A stretch of 64,000 nucleotides of DNA from Paraspadella gotoi. Its lineage: Eukaryota; Animalia; Chaetognatha. The first letter of the stretch is position 1, and the number at the start of each line of letters is the position of its first letter. The stretch is taken from positions 15,912,105 through 15,976,104 of the forward strand of contig CM119267.1 in the NCBI GenBank assembly GCA_051294375.1. Direction: 5' to 3'. Below, one piece after another: positions 25,701 to 37,700 of this stretch. The notes under the pieces are model-generated. The model saw only the letters and a program-made list of their open reading frames with translations, was not told where the DNA came from and made no database searches. A program made the translations under genes and the position numbers.

Positions 25701-28700
25701 TTCTTAAGGATCCGGAAGCGGCCAACGACGATGACGATAGCAAAGACGATATTGAGAGTGACGACGACTCCCGTTGCATGATTGGGTCTTCGTCAAAGCG
25801 ATCCTCAAAGGTTCCCGAGGCTCAACAGGTTATATATTTGAAAATGGATAAAATACCAAATAAAAAACTTATAATTTTTTTAACTGATTTTATTTTTAAA
25901 TTTCTGACGAAAAGGAATTGGGATTCCTTGTGATGGAAGCGCTGGCGCTTACTTTACAAGGAAATTCTGCCAATGCATCCGTCTTTCGTGAGTGCGGAGG
26001 CGCCAGATGCGCTCACAATATGGTGCCCTACCGGTTCGTGTGGAGTTAATCATGTTATGTTTAAAAACTCTCTTCTGTGCTTAATTAATTTTCTTTTTAT
26101 TCAGGGAATGTCGACAAATGGCTTTGGCTATCGTTCAGCAGTTAGTTCTGTCACCTGGCGGAGATGACGATATGGGAACTTTGCTCGGTTAGTCGCACTT
26201 GACTCTTTTCTCAAATTTTTTTATAAGTTTAATTTGTTTCGTTCTTAGTTTGCGTTGCAACTCCTGGTAAGTTTCCCCGACAAATGTGGAAGTCAGGATT
26301 ACACATATGTAGATAGACATTTTATTTCGGTTCAGGAACTCCTTTTTATTTGTTATTATTCTTATCTGGATTACATTAAGCTTTTTTATTACGCCGCCTT
26401 CTCCGTTTTCAACACGTTCTATCTTTTTCTTTAATTTCACTAGAACGTTTTAGTAACAACGGTGGAAGTTTGTATCATCACACACAGAGTAGGTGGATTT
26501 ATTCGTTTTTCGATACTTTCAACCGGTGACTGCAAAAAAATAATGATCCCCAAAAATTTGAATTAGTCCCAATCGAGTTTTAATTCAGTAAAAGGATAAA
26601 CGGATTAACACTAAATAAACCATTGAGCACTGAGCAGTGGAAACCACTAGGAAAGCGTCGACTCACCCGCTTTTGTCCTTCTTTATTAGGCTTGATGCAC
26701 ACTGCCCCGGCCGTCGCGTTGGATCTTAAGGCGCACATCCTGAAGGCATTGTTAGCGGTTCTTCGGGAATCGCATCGAACGAGGACTGTCTTTCGGAAAG
26801 TCGGAGGTTTCGTCTACGTCATGACAGTTCTCGTCTCTATGGAGGGTTGTTTAGCCATTCCGCCCAAGTACGACGCGTTTGAATGAGTTTCATCGAATTT
26901 CACTCGCTTCAAATTTGGCATTTGGATTTTCAGCTCTCCGTGGGAAGAGGTGGATCGTAAGGATGTCCTATCACTGCTGAAGACGATATTCAACACGTTG
27001 ACTGTGGCAATGCGATACGAACCCGCCAACGCCAAGTTTTTTTCTGCTGAAGTTAGATTTGAGAGTCTCACGGAGGCCATCAGGTTGGTGCCACAACGAT
27101 TGAATGCGCTTTGGTTTTATTTGCTATTGTCATCTTAAATTTATCGATAATATGGTATGTAGTATTGTATGTTTCTAATTATATTTTTCACGATAAAACA
27201 AAAAAATTTTTCTTAGACTTTTGGGTTGCTTCACCACCGAAACCAAGTTGAGCTCCCACCCTCCCGGTTGTTCCCACGCCGTCGCCGCCACTTTCGAAGA
27301 TTTTTTTTGGTCCGGATGCAAAGATTCTCGTCTGTCCAAGGATGTTCCCCGAGAGCTGGCTCTCGGTGCCAACTGCATTCGCTACCTTTACGACATGGCG
27401 CTGGACGCTTTCGACAGGTCTGCAGCATCCAACGTTTGTTTCTCTACAATTTTTTTTTCAATTATTCGACCTCTTAGGCCCGCTCTACACTGTTCATCTG
27501 GACCCGGAGGAGGGATTTCCAATCCACAAAATACTTTGCTTCAGTCTTTGACCGTCAATCATCGCTATTCTCACCATCATTTATCTAGTCAACTCTCAAC
27601 GCCGCTTCCGCAAACTGGTGCGGGGACTATTTGAACTCTTTAGAAAAAGCACAATACATTTTTTTCATTCTGTCATGCGTTTTAATTGAATTTCAGGAAA
27701 TGTTTTACCATCATCAAACTCGTCAACAAGGGAATCGACTCCAATTAGTTCACCAAATCATGGAAATACATCTTCTGTTAACAAAAGAGCATCAACTGGG
27801 TCTATTGGTCAACTGATAGCTAATAATTCTTCGCATAGCAATACTGGTAAGACGTTATTTTCTTATTAAGTAAAGTAAAAATTAGATAAAACAAGGAACG
27901 GTTATTCCAAGGTGTTGCGCCGCATTACTTTTCTTTTTATTTATCATATCATTTATTCTTTATAGTTTATAAGATTTCTTTGGTAGTTTGATAGTAAAAA
28001 AAGTTTTAATGATTTTTTACAACGAATAATATAAAACAATTTTGTTATAAAAAATCATTAAAACTTTGTTTTTTCTACTAAGATTTTTTTAAAAACAAAA
28101 GGCGGTGTAAGTAATCATTTAGATTTGATTTTTAACCAATGATTAACAAATTATAGACAAGTTATAAGCGTTTTTAATGTAAATAGGACAGACAGACCGA
28201 CCAACCGAAAAGTGACTTATAGAGTTGCTCCGCGAGTACTCGCGGCGCAACTAAAAACTAAATATTAAATAAAGAATTAGTTATATATACAATTATTCAT
28301 AGTTTTAATCAAAAACTATAAACTAAAAATTACTAACGGTCAACCTACTTATATAATATACCGATTTCTTAAACGGCATTCTAATTCACTGAAACGATTG
28401 CTCGAATCCTTTGTTTATTTTTTGAAGACAAAAAAACTATGATCGTATATCCTAAAGCTGTTATCATTGCGCCACAAATAATGCTAAAAAGTCCCGTTAG
28501 ATTGGTAACTTCAATTTGTTTGGGTTTAGAAGTTACTTTTTTTCTCTCGCAGCTTTTAAAAAATGACTGTTCCCACTTAGTTATTTGTCCATTTCTACCA
28601 TACTCGGTTATTTTTTTTGATAAATCCTCCAAAAGTGGGTGATCCTTGGTCATTGCAAACGCCAGTTCCGCAAAATTAAGTGTCCCACTCAATGTCCGAA

Positions 28701-31700
28701 TATCTGCCTCGCAATTTCTCGAAATGGCAGACTTTAAGATCTGCGAATCGCTGACAAGTGCCTTTCCATCCTCGAAAGGGACTTGGTCCACGTTTTTCCA
28801 CAAAGTTCCCCACTCCTTCATTTTATCGTACACACCCTTGTATTCTGAGTTTGTCTGAATCCGAAAAAAATCTGCACTGGCAGTGCCAACTAAAGTGCCA
28901 TACTGCTTGTTGTCTTGTTTAAAGATATCGGTTACGTCGTTCAAAGGGGTTACTTGAACGGTGTTGGACATAAAAGCCGCCAAATTGGCCGTGTATAATG
29001 ATATAATGACGATCGAAAAGATACGCCACATCACAGATAAAATCGTTTCTCCGAAAATCTGTGGCCGGTAATCTGGGGCTTGCTGAATGAAAGCGGTTCC
29101 AAAAAAGGACAGCGACTCCATTAATGAGACAACCGATGGTTTAGTTTTCATTAAGAAAGCATTACAGAGTGATGTTAGATAAAAAATTATTGCATATACG
29201 CTCCAGGAAGCAATTATCAACATCCAAAGTTGAATGGAGAACGGGGATAAAAAGTTAAAAAAATCTGTAAAATATATTTGCAATGAACGAATACTTGGGG
29301 TGATATAGATTTTTATAGAATACGTAATCTTTGAAATACTATTAATCTGATTATTTAAAATTCTGTTTACTAATTAGCGAAGTATTCATTTATTGCGTTT
29401 TGTCTGTTGAGGAGTGGTTTTCATTGCTGCGCCAATTCCAGATGTTAGGAAAGGGTAAGTGAAGTCGACGACTTGACATCTTTCGTCAGTGATCGAAATT
29501 ATTTGAACTGCAATGTCGGCCTCTCTTCTCACCAACGCACCAATCAGCCCAGACCAACTCCCGTTTTTGTCAGGAGTTCCAAAAAGTTTATCCTCCACCT
29601 CGACGAGTGTGAACTCAAAGTTTAAGTCCCAGGAAAGCTGACGTAAGATGCTGAAGCAAAGCCCAGTAAAGTTTCCCCGCGCATCTCTTGACATAAAAGG
29701 AGGCAGTATTGTTGTAATCGCTCTCAAAGTCATTGCTCTTTTAGTTTTAGTTTTTTTACCTGAATGACAAATGATTAAAACATAAATACTAAAAACTATT
29801 TACAGCAATTCAGAATTTGTTTTGCCTTATCGTATTGAATTATCAATGGGGAAGTCAAAGCTACTAAACCAAATCCAAATACTAACATAAATAAACCCAA
29901 AATACTAGTCACATCAATAGCGTGGTCAGCGAGAGAGGGTCTGTCAATCTCGCACTTTCCATCGTGTTCGCGACTCCATTGGTTAAAATATCCTGAGCGC
30001 CCATATATTCTTATCTGCCGCCTTATTTGTTTTGTAAGGGATAGGTTTTTTCGCAAAGCGAAGGCTTGCTCTTCATAATTAATTCCTTTAACCGAATATA
30101 TATTTTTTTCACAATTGGAATCTTTTATTGATTTTTCGATAATTTGATCCGTTATTAATGCTCGTTTTCCCCTTAAGATACCTATATCAGTTTTGTTATA
30201 AATGGTTCCCCATTTAAGTATTTTACTAAAGGCTTCTTGGTAATTTATATCTTTGGAAAACTTTAAAAAATCCAAATTAGACGTTCCATTCATAACGCCA
30301 TACTTATACTTGCTTTTGTTGGAGATCAATTCATCAAAACTATTAATTCCATCATTTTTAAACGAATAACATAAAAAAGCCGTACAATTTGCTGTGTAGG
30401 TCGCAATAATAATTAACGAGTATATTCGCCATGCTACCATTAATGTTTTCTCGCCCAACGTTTTAGGGTCGTATCTAGTTTCCTGTTGAAGAAAAGCGTA
30501 GCCAATAGCCGAAAAACTTTTGCTTAGTGTGAGCGTTTCCGTTTTATTTTTGGTTGTCACTTGAAATTTCGACATTATGTAAAGACTTATTGTGTAAAAC
30601 ATAATGGAAGCCAGTAACGCCAACCATAAATATAAGTGGAACGGTTTCATGAAGTAAAACCATCCTCGCTCATGATCTTTCATCATGATCGCAGTTATGC
30701 TTGATGTCATGAAAGCTGGAGTGAAATCAACCACCATTTGTCGTTCAGGCGTGACGGAGATTAGTTGAGCTTTGAAAACAAAAAGAAAATTAAGTATTTC
30801 TTTTGCACGTAAAATTTGATCTCTTGACTTTTATAAGTCTAACCTGCAATATCTGCTTCTCCATGGACCAACTCGCCAATCATGCCATTCCAAATTCCCT
30901 CTTTGTAACTACCCCACATTCCATCTTTCGTTTCGTATATATGATAAGTAAAATTTAAATCTTTTTTTAACATTTCTAGTAATTCAATACAAATTCCAGT
31001 CCAAGTTCCATTGGTTAGTTTAAACATGTACGGCCAAAGTTCATTGGTGACTATTTCTAGTGAAGTCATTTTTAGAAACGAAAGTTTATATATTAACCAA
31101 AGGACGAAGAGATTCTTTGAAATGAACTGCTTTACTCAAGTCCAAGCTGAACTTTCTCGAAGCAGGAAATTTATACCGGCTTTATATCATGAACTGAATT
31201 TCCAACATTTGTTTTTGAAGAGATTTGTAAGAGGATTAATGTATTTAGCATAAAGACTCTGTTTTAGTCATTTCAATAATCGTTTACTTAAACGATAAGC
31301 GATTCTTTGGATTTGCATTTTTTCGTTTGGTTAAACAATAGAGCTTGCACAAATAAGAGTTAAAATGTTGTTACAGAGCCTGCCATTGTGCATCCCGGCG
31401 CCGTCGTTTCTATTTTGCGCCTCCTTCCCGCGGTTTTCAACGGCGTTATCGCCACAAAGGACGGAAAATCATTACCTCCAGACGCAAATAATGATGCCGC
31501 CGTCAAAGCCCGAAACTATCTTATCGATCTCCAGCTTCACATCGCCGAATTATTAAGATCCCTCCTACGCTCGGAGAGAAACCAGCAATGCATGTGTGAC
31601 GCAGGTTAAAAGACTATCGCAGTAGCGGTTACTTTACACGGCGCTCCCTGATTTTTTTTATTCATCTTAACTACTATTATCGGCGGTCGTAGGTTTTGCT

Positions 31701-34700
31701 TCGGAACTATTGTCCTGTTGCTCAAAAGCGTTAGAAGACGAGTCACACCCGCTCCACCCTCCCGTCCAGTCCATGTTCGAGCGGCTGGCGGCACAGGCCC
31801 TTGAACCCCGGGACCTTCGCGCCTTTCTTCGTCTTGGAAATCCTCTGTGCTGCTCCGCACTCGATCAGCACTTTGACGCTCCCAAAGAAGAAAATGATAA
31901 AAAGATGACTAATGACCTTAGTCCAGTGGCCTCCGGTTTGTTAGAATAAATTTATATTATAATTTTTATTTAAAAGTAAAATTTATCTAAAAACAAACCT
32001 TTTCAGGGGGATCTCCAGTGACACTTTCCCGGGTCAAATGCTTGGTTTCCATGACCACTCCGCGCGACCCTCGCTTGCATGGAGTCGCTATAATGCCGGC
32101 TTTCGTAGAGTTCGACATGTCTGCGGAAGGATTTGGCGCTTTATTTTTGCCAAGCATCACGCCACAGGTAATTTTTCTTTGCTGTATTTTTTTAATTAGG
32201 TTGTATCTGTATTATTTCTTTTTCATTTCCTCCCTTTAAGGCGCCGGGATCAGGAAGTGGCCCTTCCTCGGTTGGCGGTTTGGGCGTCGGAGGTATGGTT
32301 GGCGGAATGGTGGGTGCCGCCTCCGACGGAAGCGTAGTGGGCGGCATAGGATCGGGTAAGTTTTTTTTTCTTAGCTTTTATAATCTGTAATCGGCTTTTT
32401 CATTCTATTTTCCTTTCCTTTTCACTTTCACTTTGTTTTCAGGACATTTGTATTTATCATTATCGATTTGTACCACTAAGTCGTTTTACAAACTCCCTTT
32501 TTCTAAATGCCCAGGATGGCGAACAACTCGCTTCTAACGAATCTGTTTGCCTCGCTTTTCTTTGTTTAATGCTTTCTTTCGAATTCGTTGGATTGGAACA
32601 AACAAGGCGAGAGGGTCTTTCCTCCTCAATCCGGTTTCACGTTCTCCTCCTGGATTTGCGTCGATAAGTTCTCCACTCCGGCCGTCTCCTCCTCGTACTC
32701 GGGTCAAGGGGCGGGGGGCGACTCTCACCCAGTGAGATTGCTGACCATCGCGCGGTCAACCCTCAATCCTGATGGGACGGAGGTCTTGATTCAACCCCCT
32801 GCCCCTCCATCCGCGGGACCAGGGGATAAAGGTTACCGTTGAAAAAAGAGCGGGGACAAAAAATGAATGGCAATTTGAGAGCATTAGTAACCGTTTAGGA
32901 TTATAAGTATCTTTGATAATGTTACAGTCAAACTCGTATAATTTTAAAATGATTTTGACCGGAGCACAACTTCGACCGCGTTACCTCCAGGCAACACGAA
33001 TCTCTCTCAAAAAATGGAATCGTCGGCTAAGAATTTCAACTTGACCAACGACGTCCCTTCTCAACACGTAGTCACGGGCACCAATTCCAACTCATCTCAA
33101 AGTTGTCAAAACGCGGGCCTTTCAGCCATATGTTTCTCACTCTCTCTCGCCCCCAGGGACAGATCTCTCGTTATTTCCACACAAGAAACTCTTCTACCAT
33201 CTACAGGTAACGCACTTCTGACCCTTCGGCCTTGTTACCTTCGCCGGTTCCTCTTTTGGTGTTTGTCGCTAGGGACGGGTATTTCTGTTGTCTTAATGTT
33301 TTTTTGGGCTGCGTGTTTGTTTGGTATTCTTGACTTTCTCGGTTTTAGACTTTTCCTTTTCTTGTCGCCTTTTCTGTCCTTTCCTGATCCGCTTCTTTCA
33401 TAGAATGACAACTGGATTACAGATTATACTGCAAGATTTAAAATTTTAAATGAATTTAAAATCCAACTCTAATTTGATCGTTTTGCCACTCTCCATGTCA
33501 TCCAAAAAGGCGAGAGAGTTTTCCCCCCTCCCAATTCCCTCTCCTTCTCTACATGGATGTGCGTCGATCGTTTTTCGAATCCCCTCGAGGACGGACATCC
33601 CATTCGTCTTCTTGCTCTAGTCCGCGTAGTGACGCCAACCGCCCCCGGAACACCTGAGTGTTCGTCGCCTGGCGCCTCAGGAGATACCCCTCTCGGAGCA
33701 AGTCCGACCGAGTCCCCCGAATCGCACTTGATCTGCTTGACAGTAGAGTTGGGATATAGAGACAGATCGTTGTTGGTTTCCACTGTTGAGAGAACCTTTG
33801 AGTATCTCGTCGCTGCGGATCAGCCTCCTGGTTGGTATTGTTTGAATATGAAGCATGTTAAGTAATAAATTTGAACGTCTGTCTGTCTGCTTCCTATGTA
33901 AAACATGCTTAATTTGATTGATTTTCTGAAATTGGCGTGTAGTTTTGCTGAATTAAGAAAAAAGAACCCAGTTTCGCTTTTCTGATAATGCGGCAATCTC
34001 CCCATTACTGAATTACACAGTAACTGAATTATACACATTTTTATTATAATTATTTTAATTTTCTTAATAAATTCTTCTTCGCCTCTTTATTAAACCAAAG
34101 GGCCAAGTTCTTCAACAGTATCAGCCGTCGACGTAGCAGCTGAATTGGAACCACCTCTAGGAGAGAGTACCGCCCGCTTTTGGTGTCCGGAGTTAACTCA
34201 GGAAGGCCAATGGCATCATCTCGCTCTCGTTCTTAATCGCGCTACATTCAAGAATTCGACGGTATTTTTATTACCCTATGTAACTGTGGGTATAACGGAA
34301 TTGAACCATTAGTAACAGAAATGAACATTGTAGGTAAGCGTGTTCGTCGACGGTCAACACATGCACACCCAGAAGTTACACTACATCGCCGCTTACCCTG
34401 GAGGCGCCACCGCTTCCCCCGGTTCTCCCGTCTCCGTCTATGGTTACATCGGAACTCCTCCTCAGTTAAGGTTTGTTTCCTAGATAAATTTGTCTTCATA
34501 TTTTATTGTTCGGAAATAGGCGTAACTTTTTTAAAATTTTTCGTAAAGGAGAAACTCAAAACTAGTCTGGCGTCAAGGTCCGGCTCATCTCTTCGAAGAG
34601 GTTTTGAGTCCGGCCACCATCGCCATGATTTTCCGCCTCGGGCCCAATTACGTTGGTAGTTTCCAAGCCCCTCCTCCAGGTGAGATTACATTCTAATTTT

Positions 34701-37700
34701 CTCAGATTTTTATTACGTACTCAACCATTTTTCTTTACTCAGGAGATTCTTCTTTAACCGAAGCCAATGTCCCTCAAGTGAACGAAGAGCGTGTTGTCTT
34801 TGGAATCCACGCACACGCTCTCTCCAATCTGACCTTAGCGCGTATCCGCAAGTTTTACAACAAGCTGGACGCTAAAGCCATAGCCCGCCAGTTAGGAATG
34901 TCCAGCCATGAGAGCTCAACTCCTATCAGAGTTCTTCATAAGTAAGTAAATTCTCATGCACTCCCTTGTCTTTTTTGCGAGATGTGACGAACGCTTATAC
35001 CAATTCATACATTTCTAATTTTTAGCACGGCCGGTCATCTCATGGGCCCAGCGCGCGCCCTCGGCGCCGTCATCATGGGCTATCAGGGCGTACGAACGTT
35101 TTGCCCGCAACCAGTTGCTAAGTGTTTGGAGCACGTTGGTGGGCCGTCGACCCTTCTGGGTCTCGTCGCTATGGCGACCGACGTCGAAGGACTCTACGCC
35201 GCCGTCAAGGCGCTCGTCTGCGCCTGTCGCTCCAATAAGGCATTGGCTCAAGAAATGGACAGAGTACGAGGATATCAGACTCTCGCAATGCTGCTAAAGA
35301 AAAAGCGCCATCTATTGAACGCTCACATTTTACATTTGACGTTTGCTCTCGTTGGAACAGTTGGCGATCAACTTCCTCGTGGGGCCGGTATGACTATATA
35401 GACTCGAAATCAGAATTTTAAATGCTCTTTAAAATTAAATTTACACTTCACTATTGGCTTTTGAATAATTTTTGTTTGTTTAAATATTAAGGTTATGGCG
35501 GAGTTGGTGCTTGTGGTGGTGGAAGTGGAGGCGGGTACGCCGACTACTACGCTCTGATTCCCAACCGTTCGGCCTTTGCTGATCTGTTGTGCGATTTGGA
35601 AGTTTGGGCAGAGGCGCCCGGCGATTTGCTTCGCTCGCTCTTCGAGCATTTTTGCGAATTATTGGCTGGTGATTTTTTTTTGTCTTTTTGTTTTGAATTC
35701 TTGGATTTATATTTATTAATGGAGCTGTAAAACAACTTTTGGTCTAGAAACGGTGACGACACCATCGCCATCTTCACCTACCGAGTCTCTGCGTTCTGCC
35801 CACACTCTTCTGCGCGATTTGCAGTTGGCCGAGAAGATTTTGCACGCGTTGAAGGCGCCTGGAACGACTGGCGCCGGCCTCTCCGTCTCTACCACTCAAG
35901 CCGCCGTCGCTGTTTTGTCCGCTTTGCTTCAAGGAGCACCGGACGCCGTCGCTCTCAACAAGTAAGAAGCTAATCCGTATGTCTAGTTAATGATTAAAAC
36001 GTCCTTTGTTCGCGGCGAATATTTTTGTGGCAAAGCAACACCGAGCTCTCAACGTCTTTTCTTTTCGTCAATCCCAAAACAAAATTCGCTCAGAGAGTTG
36101 AATATTGCAGCTGCACAATCTCCTCCTTTTGTGTACGGTTCCCTTGAGTATTATTTAATGAGGTAATCTTTAAAGTGAGCCTCCAGGTACTGTCATAAGT
36201 TTGCCGTGGAAGTTGTAAAAAAAAATTTGCATGCGCCTCAATGGAATTTTCGCTTGCGCTGAATACGAATGAATCCTCTCGTGACTTTAGTTGGCTGGAT
36301 TAATCTCATTATTCATGGATCTTAAGATTAAATGTTACTTTAATGACCATCTGGTGCCCGTAGTGAAAAGTTATAATTTCTTATGTACATAGAATCGGCC
36401 AATTCGTGACTTGGACTTTACCTCCGCCGAACGTCAGCGAGCAAACTTCGGATTCCTTCGTCGCCGGCCTCGACGCTTTGAACGCCCCGAAGAGAACCAG
36501 GTTTAATTTGCCTCAACTTCCGGTTATGGAATCGTCATTAACGGAGTCAGATGGCGGAAATAATTCCAACAGGGTAAACTCCAAATTTACATTTTCTTAA
36601 TCTCGTGTTATTTATTTATTTCGATTTATTTTTCAATTTGCAGAACATCAAAACTCGAAATTTGATTTTGGAAAATCTTCTTCAATTATTGAGATCACCC
36701 TCGAAGACAGTTCACCGGGGAATTTCTGTGTCCACCTCTCAAGTAAATTTTTGTCCCTGTATTTGGTTTCTCTTTTTTTATTTTTTTTTATTTTATGTTA
36801 TAAATTTTTTAAACAAGGTCCCGTCCACTGACGCCCTGGGCTGTCCGCTTGCTGAGGAGATTCAAAGGGTGCTTGGCTTCGATTGGCTTCTGTCACTCAT
36901 GCAGGTTGAAATATTGACTCATGAGATGTAAGCATTTTGTAAAAAAAACTTGATTATTCTCTCACATCGTTATTATTTTTGATAGTCTCACTTAGACGAA
37001 GAGACGGTATTATTGGCGAACAGTATCCTACTCCATCTCATCGCCTCCTCCACGGCCTACATGCGCTTCCGAGATGGCACTCACGTTGCAGGATGGTTAG
37101 AGGGTACGGATTTAGTCGCGCAGAACCGCCAGCAACTCGGCGTTCTCATCGGTTTGTATCAGCTGGAGTATGGCATCGGGGAGACCTGTGTGATGCCCGG
37201 GGTTGTGAGGCATCTCTTGACAGCTGAGGCTAAGGGCTTTGGACCTGCAGTGACCACCCCATATCACTGGCGTGTTTATGCCGACAGCATCACACATAAC
37301 CAGCGTGACCGTAAGGGGATTGAACCCGGAACTCACAGTTAGTGAACAAGTACTTAGCTGTCTAAGCCAATGGGACCAACTGAGTTTTACCAAGCTATAC
37401 GGGAGGCGAATTTAGGATTCGACAAATGAGTTCAGTTTTAGATTTTTTCCCTTTATCAATTTCGTTTTTCGATTTTTTTCATTTTTTAAATTCTTGGCAG
37501 GATCTAACACTCACAATTCGTCCAACATCGAATCCTCTAATCCAACTTACTCCACGCAAATTTCGTCTTCTGGGAACCAGCAGAGAGAGGTGAGTCTATT
37601 TACGTAATGTTTGTAACGTCGTCGACGACTCTGTTAATAAATTTAAGTTTATAACACTAAGTTTCAATTTCGACAGGTCTCTGTTGACTCGGTTAAAGTC

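Noticed and set aside
37305-37377. tRNA gene on the minus strand
   Set aside because: A-box and arms are degenerate and run on into a GC-rich body; better explained as a SINE head.
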